DNA from: the human T2T-CHM13v2.0 reference genome, Homo sapiens
Assembly: GCF_009914755.1 (NCBI RefSeq)
Contig: NC_060939.1
Length of the DNA: 64,000 bases
Reading direction: 5' to 3' (one strand)
The stretch's first letter is position 1; every line of letters starts with the position of its first letter. Position numbers and translations under genes: made by a program. The notes under the pieces are model-generated. The model made no database searches, was not told the DNA's origin, and worked only from the letters and a program-made list of their open reading frames with translations. Below, one piece after another: positions 1 through 12,700 of this stretch.

Positions 1-1251
1 TCCGTTCCATTCGATTTCGTTCCAATCCATTCGATTCCATTCCATTCGATTCCATTCCATACTATTGCATTCCATTCGATTACATTATATTCGAATAAGT
101 TCCATTCAAGACCATTTCTTTTGAGTCCATTCTATTTGAGTCCATTCCCTTTGATTCCATAACATTTGAGTCCATTCAATTCCATTCCTTTCGTTTCCAT
201 TCCATTTGATGCCATTCCATTCAATTCTGTTCTACTCGACTCCAATACATTCAATTCCATTCCATCCGATTCCATTACATTCTTTTCATTTCTTATCCAT
301 TTCAAGCCATTCCACTCCATTCCATTCCACTCGTTTCCTTTCCATTCGAGTCCATTCCTCTCCAGTCCATTCCGTTCAATCCATTCCATTCCAGTCCATT
401 CCATTCGAGTCCGTTCCATTCCAGTCCATTCCATTCGAGTCAATTCCATCCCATTCGATGTCTTTCCATAACGATCCATTCCATTCTATTCCTTTCGATT
501 CCATTCCATTCTATTTCATTCCATTCGATTCCCTTCCATTGGACTCCTTTCCATTCGAGTGCATTCCATTCCGTTCCATTTCTTTCCGTTCTGTACGATT
601 CCTACCGTTCGATTTCATTTTGTTCCAGTCCATTCCTTTCGCGTCCATTCCATTCCATTTCACTCCATTCGATTCCATTCCACTCGATTCCACTTCGTTC
701 CATTTCATTGCATTCCATTCTATTCAACTCTATTGCCTTCCATTCTATTCCATTCGATTACATTCCATGCGATTCCATTCGAAATCGAATCAATTACATT
801 GCAATCCATTACTATTGAGTCCGTTTTATTCCAGTCCACTGCATTCTGGTCCATTCCATTTGATTCCATTCCATTCTATTCCATTCCATACAGTTGCATT
901 CATTTGGATTCCATGCTATATCTATAAATTCAATTCGAGACCATTGCTTTTGAGTCCATTCTATATGATTCCATTCCATTCAAGTCCACTACATTTGGTT
1001 CAATTCCATTCCATTCCATTCCCTTCCATTCCATTCCATTTGATATCAATCCATTCGATTCCATTCCATTCGAGCACATTCCATTCGAGTCCATTCCATT
1101 CGATGCCATTCCATTTGATTCTATTCCATTAGTCTCCATTCAATTCCATTAATCTCCATTCCATTCCATTCTACTCCAACTGATTCCATTCCATTCTATT
1201 CCTTTCCATTCCATTTCATTCCATTCCATTCCATTTCATTCCATTCCATTC

Positions 1252-1345
1252 CATTCGTGTCCATTCCACTCCAGTCCATTCCATTCGTGTCCATTCCATT
1301 CCAGTCCATTCCATTTGTGTCCACTGCATTCCATTCCACTCCATT
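1252..1345 (+). repeat. Internal 30-bp triplication (GTGTCC-marked) within the unit
   Basis: 'gtgtcc' at 1257, 1287 and 1317 (period 30). Only two copies remain in U2, U13, U16, U17, U19 and U23. Confidence 0.85.
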
Positions 1346-1531
1346 CCATATTATTCCATTACACTCCATTCCATTCTATTACTTTCATTTCCATTCAATT
1401 CCATTCCATTTGATTCCATTCCACTCGGTTTCATTCCATTTGAGTCCACTCCATTGCAGTCCATTCCATTCCATTCAGTTCCATTCCATTCTGTTCCATT
1501 CCATTCCGTTCCATTGCATTCCATTCCATTC

Positions 1532-1537
1532 GGTACC
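1532..1537. other. Single KpnI site (GGTACC) per unit; suggests the D15Z1 / HSat3A5-type 1.8 kb KpnI repeat of chr15p
   Basis: Seen: 'cattcggtaccattcc' once per unit (U21 has 'attaggtacc', site retained); an EcoRV GATATC also occurs once per unit (first at 1042-1047). Recalled knowledge: D15Z1 was described as a 1.8 kb KpnI satellite III repeat. The locus assignment is an inference and was not aligned. Confidence 0.75.
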
Positions 1538-3713
1538 ATTCCATATTGTTCCATTCGATTCCATTCGAATCCATTCCATTCCAGTCCATTCCATTCGATT
1601 CCATTCCATTCCTTTCAATTCCATTCCATTCCATTCCATTCCACTTGATTCCAATCCATTCCCTTCCACTGCATTCCATTCGATTCCATTCCATTGCATT
1701 GCATTCCATTCCATTGGACTGCATTCCATTCGATTCCATTCCATTCGAATCAATTACATAGCAATCCATTACATTCGAGTCTATTCTATTCCGTTCCATT
1801 CGATTTCGTTCCAATCCATTCGATTCCATTCCATTCGATTCCATTCCATACTATTGCATTCCATTCGATTACATTATATTCGAATAAGTTCCATTCAAGA
1901 ACATTTCTTTTGAGTCCATTCTATTTGAGTCCATTCCCTTTGATTCCATAACATTTGAGTCCATTCAATTCCATTCCTTTCGTTTCCATTCCATTTGATG
2001 CCATTCCATTCAATTCTGTTCTACTCGACTCCAATACATTCAATTCCATTCCATCCGATTCCATTACATTCTTTTCATTTCTTATCCATTTCAAGCCATT
2101 CCACTCCATTCCATTCCACTCGTTTCCTTTCCATTCGAGTCCATTCCTCTCCAGTCCATTCCGTTCAATCCATTCCATTCCAGTCCATTCCATTCGAGTC
2201 CGTTCCATTCCAGTCCATTCCATTCGAGTCAATTCCATCCCATTCGATGTCTTTCCATAACGATCCATTCCATTCTATTCCTTTCGATTCCATTCCATTC
2301 TATTTCATTCCATTCGATTCCCTTCCATTGGACTCCTTTCCATTAGAGTGCATTCCATTCCGTTCCATTTCTTTCCGTTCTGTACGATTCCTACCGTTCG
2401 ATTTCATTTTGTTCCAGTCCATTCCTTTCGCGTCCATTCCATTCCATTTCACTCCATTCGATTCCATTCCACTCGATTCCACTTCGTTCCATTTCATTGC
2501 ATTCCATTCTATTCAACTCTATTGCCTTCCATTCCATTCCATTCGATTACATTCCATGCGATTCCATTCGAAATCGAATCAATTACATTACAATCCATTA
2601 CTATTGAGTCCGTTTTATTCCAGTCCACTGCATTCTGGTCCATTCCATTTGATTCCATTCCATTTTATTCCATTCCATACAGTTGCATTCCATTGGATTC
2701 CATGCTATATCTATAAATTCAATTCGAGACCATTGCTTTTGATTCCATTCTATATGTTTCCATTCCATTCAAGTCCATTACATTTGGTTCAATTCCATTC
2801 CATTCCATTCCCTTCCATTCCATTCCAGTTGATATCAATCCATTCGATTCCATTCCATTCGAGCACATTCCATTCGAGTCCATTCCATTCGATGCCATTC
2901 CATTTGATTCTATTCCATTAGTCTCCATTCAATTCCATTAATCTCCATTCCATTCCATTCTACTCCAACTGATTCCATTCCATTCTATTCCTTTCCATTC
3001 CATTTCATTCCATTCCATTCCATTCCCTTCCATTCCATTCGTGTCCATTCCACTCCAGTCGATTCCATTTGTGTCCACTGCATTCCATTCCACTCCATTC
3101 CATATTATTCCATTACACTCCATTCCATTCTATTACTTTCATTTCCATTCAATTCCATTCCATTTGATTCCATTCCACTCGGTTTCATTCCATTTGAGTC
3201 CACTCCATTCCATTCCATTCCATTCCATTCCATTCAGTTCCATTCCATTCTGTTCCATTCCATTCCGTTCCATTGCATTCCATTCCATTCGGTACCATTC
3301 CATATTGTTCCATTCGATTCCATTCGAATCCATTCCATTCCAGTCCATTCCATTCGATTCCATTCCATTCCTTTCAATTCCATTCCATTCCATTCCATTC
3401 CACTTGATTCCACTCCATTCCCTTCCACTGCATTCCATTCGATTCCATTCCATTGCATTGCATTCCATTCCATTGGACTGCATTCCATTCGATTCCATTC
3501 CATTCGAATCAATTACATAGCAATCCATTACATTCGAGTCTATTCTATTCCGTTCCATTCGATTTCGTTCCAATCCATTCGATTCCATTCCATTCGATTC
3601 CATTCCATACTATTGCATTCCATTCGATTACATTATATTCGAATAAGTTCCATTCAAGACCATTTCTTTTGAGTCCATTCTATTTGAGTCCATTCCCTTT
3701 GATTCCATAACAT

Positions 3714-6700
3714 TTGAGTCCATTCAATTCCATTCCTTTCGTTTCCATTCCATTTGATGCCATTCCATTCAATTCTGTTCTACTCGACTCCAATACATTC
3801 AATTCCATTCCATCCGATTCCATTACATTCTTTTCATTTCTTATCCATTTCAAGCCATTCCACTCCATTCCATTCCACTCGTTTCCTTTCCATTCGAGTC
3901 CATTCCTCTCCAGTCCATTCCGTTCAATCCATTCCATTCCAGTCCATTCCATTCGAGTCCGTTCCATTCCAGTCCATTCCATTCGAGTCAATTCCATCCC
4001 ATTCGATGTCTTTCCATAACGATCCATTCCATTCTATTCCTTTCGATTCCATTCCATTCTATTTCATTCCATTCGATTCCCTTCCATTGGACTCCTTTCC
4101 ATTCGAGTGCATTCCATTCCGTTCCATTTCTTTCCGTTCTGTACGATTCCTACCGTTCGATTTCATTTTGTTCCAGTCCATTCCTTTCGCGTCCATTCCA
4201 TTCCATTTCACTCCATTCGATTCCATTCCACTCGATTCCACTTCGTTCCATTTCATTGCATTCCATTCTATTCAACTCTATTGCCTTCCATTCTATTCCA
4301 TTCGATTACATTCCATGCGATTCCATTCGAAATCGAATCAATTACATTGCAATCCATTACTATTGAGTCCGTTTTATTCCAGTCCACTGCATTCTGGTCC
4401 ATTCCATTTGATTCCATTCCATTCTATTCCATTCCATACAGTTGCATTCATTTGGATTCCATGCTATATCTATAAATTCAATTCGAGACCATTGCTTTTG
4501 AGTCCATTCTATATGATTCCATTCCATTCAAGTCCACTACATTTGGTTCAATTCCATTCCATTCCATTCCCTTCCATTCCATTCCATTTGATATCAATCC
4601 ATTCGATTCCATTCCATTCGAGCACATTCCATTCGAGTCCATTCCATTCGATGCCATTCCATTTGATTCTATTCCATTAGTCTCCATTCTATTCCATTAA
4701 TCTCCATTCCATTCCATTCTACTCCAACTGATTCCATTCCATTCTATTCCTTTCCATTCCATTTCATTCCATTCCATTCCATTTCATTCCATTCCATTCC
4801 ATTCGTGTCCATTCCACTCCAGTCCATTCCATTCGTGTCCATTCCATTCCAGTCCATTCCATTTGTGTCCACTGCATTCCATTCCACTCCATTCCATATT
4901 ATTCCATTACACTCCATTCCATTCTATTACTTTCATTTCCATTCAATTCCATTCCATTTGATTCCATTCCACTCGGTTTCATTCCATTTGAGTCCACTCC
5001 ATTGCATTCCATTCCATTCCATTCAGTTCCATTCCATTCTGTTCCATTCCATTCCGTTCCATTGCATTCCATTCCATTCGGTACCATTCCATATTGTTCC
5101 ATTCGATTCCATTCGAATCCATTCCATTCCAGTCCATTCCATTCGATTCCATTCCATTCCTTTCAATTCCATTCCATTCCATTCCATTCCACTTGATTCC
5201 ACTCCATTCCCTTCCACTGCATTCCATTCGATTCCATTCCATTGCATTGCATTCCATTCCATTGGACTGCATTCCATTCGATTCCATTCCATTCGAATCA
5301 ATTACATAGCAATCCATTACATTCGAGTCTATTCTATTCCGTTCCATTCGATTTCGTTCCAATCCATTCGATTCCATTCCATTCGATTCCATTCCATACT
5401 ATTGCATTCCATTCGATTACATTATATTCGAATAAGTTCCATTCAAGACCATTTCTTTTGAGTCCATTCTATTTGAGTCCATTCCCTTTGATTCCATAAC
5501 ATTTGAGTCCATTCAATTCCATTCCTTTCGTTTCCATTCCATTTGATGCCATTCCATTCAATTCTGTTCTACTCGACTCCAATACATTCAATTCCATTCC
5601 ATCCGATTCCATTACATTCTTTTCATTTCTTATCCATTTCAAGCCATTCCACTCCATTCCATTCCACTCGTTTCCTTTCCATTCGAGTCCATTCCTCTCC
5701 AGTCCATTCCGTTCAATCCATTCCATTCCAGTCCATTCCATTCGAGTCCGTTCCATTCCAGTCCATTCCATTCGAGTCAATTCCATTCCATTCGATGTCT
5801 TTCCATAACGATCCATTCCATTCTATTCCTTTCGATTCCATTCCATTCTATTTCATTCCATTCGATTCCCTTCCATTGGACTCCTTTCCATTCGAGTGCA
5901 TTCCATTCCGTTCCATTTCTTTCTGTTCTGTACGATTCCTACCGTTCGATTTCATTTTGTTCCAGTCCATTCCTTTCGCGTCCATTCCATTCCATTTCAC
6001 TCCATTCGATTCCATTCCACTCGATTCCACTTCGTTCTATTTCATTGCATTCCATTCTATTCAACTCTATTGCCTTCCATTCCATTCCATTCGATTACAT
6101 TCCATGCGATTCCATTCGAAATCGAATCAATTACATTGCAATCCATTAATATTGAGTCCATTATTCCAGTCCACTGCATTCTGGTCCATTCCATTTGATT
6201 CCATTCCATTCTATTCCATTCCATACAGTTGCATTCCATTGGATTCCATTCTATATCTATAAATTCAATTGGAGACCATTGCTTTTGAGTCCATTCTATA
6301 TGATTCCATTCCATTCAAGTCCATTACATTTGGTTCAATTCCATTCCATTCCATTCCCTTCCATTCCATTCCAGTTGATATCAATCCATTCGATTCCATT
6401 CCATTCGAGCACATTCCATTCGAGTCCATTCCATTCGATGCCATTCCATTTGATTCTATTCCATTAGTCTCCATTCAATTCCATTAATCTCCATTCCATT
6501 CCATTCTACTCCAAGTGATTCCATTCCATTCTATTCCTTTCCATTCCATTTCATTCCATTCCATTCCATTTCATTCCATTCCATTCCATTCTCTTCCATT
6601 CCATTCGTGTCCATTCCACTCCAGTCCATTCCATTCGTGTCCATTCCATTCCAGTCCATTCCATTTGTGTCCACTGCATTCCATTCCACTCCATTCCATA

Positions 6701-9700
6701 TTATTCCATTACACTCCATTCCATTCTATTACTTTCATTTCCATTCAATTCCATTCCATTTGATTCCATTCCACTCGGTTTCATTCCATTTGAGTCCACT
6801 CCATTCCATTCCATTCCATTCCATTCAGTTCCATTCCATTCTGTTCCGTTCCATTCCATTCTGTTCCATTCCATTCCGTTCCATTGCATTCCATTCCATT
6901 CGGTACCATTCCATATTGTTCCATTCGATTCCATTCGAATCCATTCCATTCCAGTCCATTCCATTCGATTCCATTCCATTCCTTTCAATTCCATTCCATT
7001 CCATTCCATTCCACTTGATTCCACTCCATTCCCTTCCACTGCATTCCATTCGATTCCATTCCATTGCATTGCATTCCATTCCATTGGACTGCATTCCATT
7101 CGATTCCATTCCATTCGAATCAATTACATAGCAATCCATTACATTCGAGTCTATTCTATTCCGTTCCATTCGATTTCGTTCCAATCCATTCGATTCCATT
7201 CCATTCGATTCCATTCCATACTATTGCATTCCATTCTATTACATTATATTCGAATAAGTTCCATTCAAGACCATTTCTTTTGAGTCCATTCTATTTGAGT
7301 CCATTCCCTTTGATTCCATAACATTTGAGTCCATTCAATTCCATTCCTTTCGTTTGCATTCCATTTGATGCCATTCCATTCAATTCTGTTCTACTCGACT
7401 CCAATACATTCAATTCCATTCCATCCGATTCCATTACATTCTTTTCATTTCTTATCCATTTCAAGCCATTCCACTCCACTCCATTCCACTCGTTTCCTTT
7501 CCATTCGAGTCCATTCCTCTCCAGTCCATTCCGTTCAATCCATTCCATTCCAGTCCATTCCATTCGAGTCCGTTCCATTCCAGTCCATTCCATTCGAGTC
7601 AATTCCATCCCATTCGATGTCTTTCCATAACGATCCATTCCATTCTATTCCTTTCGATTCCATTCCATTCTATTTCATTCCATTCGATTCCCTTCCATTG
7701 GACTCCTTTCCATTCGAGTGCATTCCATTCCGTTCCATTTCTTTCCGTTCTGTACGATTCCTACCGTTTGATTTCATTTTGTTCCAGTCCATTCCTTTCG
7801 CGTCCATTCCATTCCATTTCACTCCATTCGATTCCATTCCACTCGATTCCACTTCGTTCCATTTCATTGCATTCCATTCTATTCAACTCTATTGCCTTCC
7901 ATTCTATTCCATTCGATTACATTCCATGCGATTCCATTCGAAATCGAATCAATTACATTGCAATCCATTACTATTGAGTCCGTTTTATTCCAGTCCACTG
8001 CATTCTGGTCCATTCCATTTGATTCCATTCCATTCTATTCCATTCCATACAGTTGCATTCATTTGGATTCCATGCTATATCTATAAATTCAATTCGAGAC
8101 CATTGCTTTTGAGTCCATTCTATATGATTCCATTCCATTCAAGTCCACTACATTTGGTTCAATTCCATTCCATTCCATTCCCTTCCATTCCATTCCATTT
8201 GATATCAATCCATTCGATTCCATTCCATTCGAGCACATTCCATTCGAGTCCATTCCATTCGATGCCATTCCATTTGATTCTATTCCATTAGTCTCCATTC
8301 AATTCCATTAATCTCCATTCCATTCCATTCTACTCCAACTGATTCCATTCCATTCTATTCCTTTCCATTCCATTTCATTCCATTCCATTCCATTTCATTC
8401 CATTCCATTCCATTCGTGTCCATTCCACTCCAGTCCATTCCATTCGTGTCCATTCCATTCCAGTCCATTCCATTTGTGTCCACTGCATTCCATTCCACTC
8501 CATTCCATATTATTCCATTACACTCCATTCCATTCTATTACTTTCATTTCCATTCAATTCCATTCCATTTGATTCCATTCCACTCGGTTTCATTCCATTT
8601 GAGTCCACTCCATTCCATTCCATTCCATTCCATTCCATTCAGTTCCATTCCATTCTGTTCCATTCCATTCCGTTCCATTGCATTCCATTCCATTCGGTAC
8701 CATTCCATATTGTTCCATTCGATTCCATTCGAATCCATTCCATTCCAGTCCATTCCATTCGATTCCATTCCATTCCTTTCAATTCCATTCCATTCCATTC
8801 CATTCCACTTGATTCCACTCCATTCCCTTCCACTGCATTCCATTCGATTCCATTCCATTGCATTGCATTCCATTCCATTGGACTGCATTCCATTCGATTC
8901 CATTCCATTCGAATCAATTACATAGCAATCCATTACATTCGAGTCTATTCTATTCCGTTCCATTCGATTTCGTTCCAATCCATTCGATTCCATTCCATTC
9001 GATTCCATTCCATACTATTGCATTCCATTCGATTACATTATATTCGAATAAGTTCCATTCAAGACCACTTCTTTTGAGTCCATTCTATTTGAGTCCATTC
9101 CCTTTGATTCCATAACATTTGAGTCCATTCAATTCCATTCCTTTCGTTTCCATTCCATTTGATGCCATTCCATTCAATTCTGTTCTACTCGACTCCAATA
9201 CATTCAATTCCATTCCATCCGATTCCATTACATTCTTTTCATTTCTTATCCATTTCAAGCCATTCCACTCCATTCCATTCCACTCGTTTCCTTTCCATTC
9301 GAGTCCATTCCTCTCCAGTCCATTCCGTTCAATCCATTCCATTCCAGTCCATTCCATTCGAGTCCGTTCCATTCCAGTCCATTCCATTCGAGTCAATTCC
9401 ATCCCATTCGATGTCTTTCCATAACGATCCATTCCATTCTATTCCTTTCGATTCCATTCCATTCTATTTCATTCCATTCGATTCCCTTCCATTGGACTCC
9501 TTTCCATTCGAGTGCATTCCATTCCGTTCCATTTCTTTCCGTTCTGTACGATTCGTACCGTTCGATTTCATTTTGTTCCAGTCCATTCCTTTCGCGTCCA
9601 TTCCATTCCATTTCACTCCATTCGATTCCATTCCACTCGATTCCACTTCGTTCCATTTCATTGCATTCCATTCTATTCAACTCTATTGCCTTCCATTCTA

Positions 9701-12700
9701 TTCCATTCGATTACATTCCATGCGATTCCATTCGAAATCGAATCAATTACATTGCAATCCATTACTATTGAGTCCGTTTTATTCCAGTCCACTGCATTCT
9801 GGTCCATTCCATTTGATTCCATTCCATTCTATTCCATTCCATACAGTTGCATTCATTTGGATTCCATGCTATATCTATAAATTCAATTCGAGACCATTGC
9901 TTTTGAGTCCATTCTATATGATTCCATTCCATTCAAGTCCACTACATTTGGTTCAATTCCATTCCATTCCATTCCCTTCCATTCCATTCCATTTGATATC
10001 AATCCATTCGATTCCATTCCATTCGAGCACATTCCATTCGAGTCCATTCCATTCGATGCCATTCCATTTGATTCTATTCCATTAGTCTCCATTCTATTCC
10101 ATTAATCTCCATTCCATTCCATTCTACTCCAACTGATTCCATTCCATTCTATTCCTTTCCATTCCATTTCATTCCATTCCATTCCATTTCATTCCATTCC
10201 ATTCCATTCGTGTCCATTCCACTCCAGTCCATTCCATTCGTGTCCATTCCATTCCAGTCCATTCCATTTGTGTCCACTGCATTCCATTCCACTCCATTCC
10301 ATATTATTCCATTACACTCCATTCCATTCTATTACTTTCATTTCCATTCAATTCCATTCCATTTGATTCCATTCCACTCGGTTTCATTCCATTTGAGTCC
10401 ACTCCATTGCATTCCATTCCATTCCATTCAGTTCCATTCCATTCTGTTCCATTCCATTCCGTTCCATTGCATTCCATTCCATTCGGTACCATTCCATATT
10501 GTTCCATTCGATTCCATTCGAATCCATTCCATTCCAGTCCATTCCATTCGATTCCATTCCATTCCTTTCAATTCCATTCCATTCCATTCCATTCCACTTG
10601 ATTCCACTCCATTCCCTTCCACTGCATTCCATTCGATTCCATTCCATTGCATTGCATTCCATTCCATTGGACTGCATTCCATTCGATTCCATTCCATTCG
10701 AATCAATTACATAGCAATCCATTACATTCGAGTCTATTCTATTCCGTTCCATTCGATTTCGTTCCAATCCATTCGATTCCATTCCATTCGATTCCATTCC
10801 ATACTATTGCATTCCATTCGATTACATTATATTCGAATAAGTTCCATTCAAGACCATTTCTTTTGAGTCCATTCTATTTGAGTCCATTCCCTTTGATTCC
10901 ATAACATTTGAGTCCATTCAATTCCATTCCTTTCGTTTCCATTCCATTTGATGCCATTCCATTCAATTCTGTTCTACTCGACTCCAATACATTCAATTCC
11001 ATTCCATCCGATTCCATTACATTCTTTTCATTTCTTATCCATTTCAAGCCATTCCACTCCATTCCATTCCACTCGTTTCCTTTCCATTCGAGTCCATTCC
11101 TCTCCAGTCCATTCCGTTCAATCCATTCCATTCCAGTCCATTCCATTCGAGTCCGTTCCATTCCAGTCCATTCCATTCGAGTCAATTCCATTCCATTCGA
11201 TGTCTTTCCATAACGATCCATTCCATTCTATTCCTTTCGATTCCATTCCATTCTATTTCATTCCATTCGATTCCCTTCCATTGGACTCCTTTCCATTCGA
11301 GTGCATTCCATTCCGTTCCATTTCTTTCTGTTCTGTACGATTCCTACCGTTCGATTTCATTTTGTTCCAGTCCATTCCTTTCGCGTCCATTCCATTCCAT
11401 TTCACTCCATTCGATTCCATTCCACTCGATTCCACTTCGTTCTATTTCATTGCATTCCATTCTATTCAACTCTATTGCCTTCCATTCCATTCCATTCGAT
11501 TACATTCCATGCGATTCCATTCGAAATCGAATCAATTACTTTGCAATCCATTAATATTGAGTCCATTTTATTCCAGTCCACTGCATTCTGGTCCATTCCA
11601 TTTGATTCCATTCCATTCTATTCCATTCCATACAGTTGCATTCCATTGGATTCCATTCTATATCTATAAATTCAATTGGAGACCATTGCTTTTGAGTCCA
11701 TTCTATATGATTCCATTCCATTCAAGTCCATTACATTTGGTTCAATTCCATTCCATTCCATTCCCTTCCATTCCATTCCAGTTGATATCAATCCATTCGA
11801 TTCCATTCCATTCGAGCACATTCCATTCGAGTCCATTCCATTCGATGCCATTCCATTTGATTCTATTCCATTAGTCTCCATTCAATTCCATTAATCTCCA
11901 TTCCATTCCATTCTACTCCAAGTGATTCCATTCCATTCTATTCCTTTCCATTCCATTTCATTCCATTCCATTCCATTTCATTCCATTCCATTCCATTCTC
12001 TTCCATTCCATTCGTGTCCATTCCACTCCAGTCCATTCCATTCGTGTCCATTCCATTCCAGTCCATTCCATTTGTGTCCACTGCATTCCATTCCACTCCA
12101 TTCCATATTATTCCATTACACTCCATTCCATTCTATTACTTTCATTTCCATTCAATTCCATTCCATTTGATTCCATTCCACTCGGTTTCATTCCATTTGA
12201 GTCCACTCCATTCCATTCCATTCCATTCCATTCAGTTCCATTCCATTCTGTTCCGTTCCATTCCATTCTGTTCCATTCCATTCCGTTCCATTGCATTCCA
12301 TTCCATTCGGTACCATTCCATATTGTTCCATTCGATTCCATTCGAATCCATTCCATTCCAGTCCATTCCATTCGATTCCATTCCATTCCTTTCAATTCCA
12401 TTCCATTCCATTCCATTCCACTTGATTCCACTCCATTCCCTTCCACTGCATTCCATTCGATTCCATTCCATTGCATTGCATTCCATTCCATTGGACTGCA
12501 TTCCATTCGATTCCATTCCATTCGAATCAATTACATAGCAATCCATTACATTCGAGTCTATTCTATTCCGTTCCATTCGATTTCGTTCCAATCCATTCGA
12601 TTCCATTCCATTCGATTCCATTCCATACTATTGCATTCCATTCTATTACATTATATTCGAATAAGTTCCATTCAAGACCATTTCTTTTGAGTCCATTCTA

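Noticed and set aside
132-479. Minus-strand MEWNG-repeat ORFs
   Set aside because: Direct translation of (GGAAT)n. Any database hits to such peptides would likely be spurious satellite-derived annotations.
778-790. Possible heat-shock element (ttcgaaatcgaat)
   Set aside because: It does not match the canonical alternating nGAAnnTTCnnGAAn spacing, so HSF1 binding cannot be claimed from this sequence.
923-928. TATAAA box once per unit
   Set aside because: A single hexamer with no other promoter context; it aligns with the diverged paralogous block ('cgaataagtt'), so it is simply a degenerate repeat segment.
206-1132. 308-aa + strand ORF (and the 218, 122, 101-aa ORFs) repeated in most units
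   Set aside because: (CATTC)n contains no stop codon and translates to HSIPF repeats in any frame. Starts are mostly TTG/GTG, all frames are open and overlapping, and copies are freely frameshifted or truncated (U4, U9, U29). There is no coding signal.
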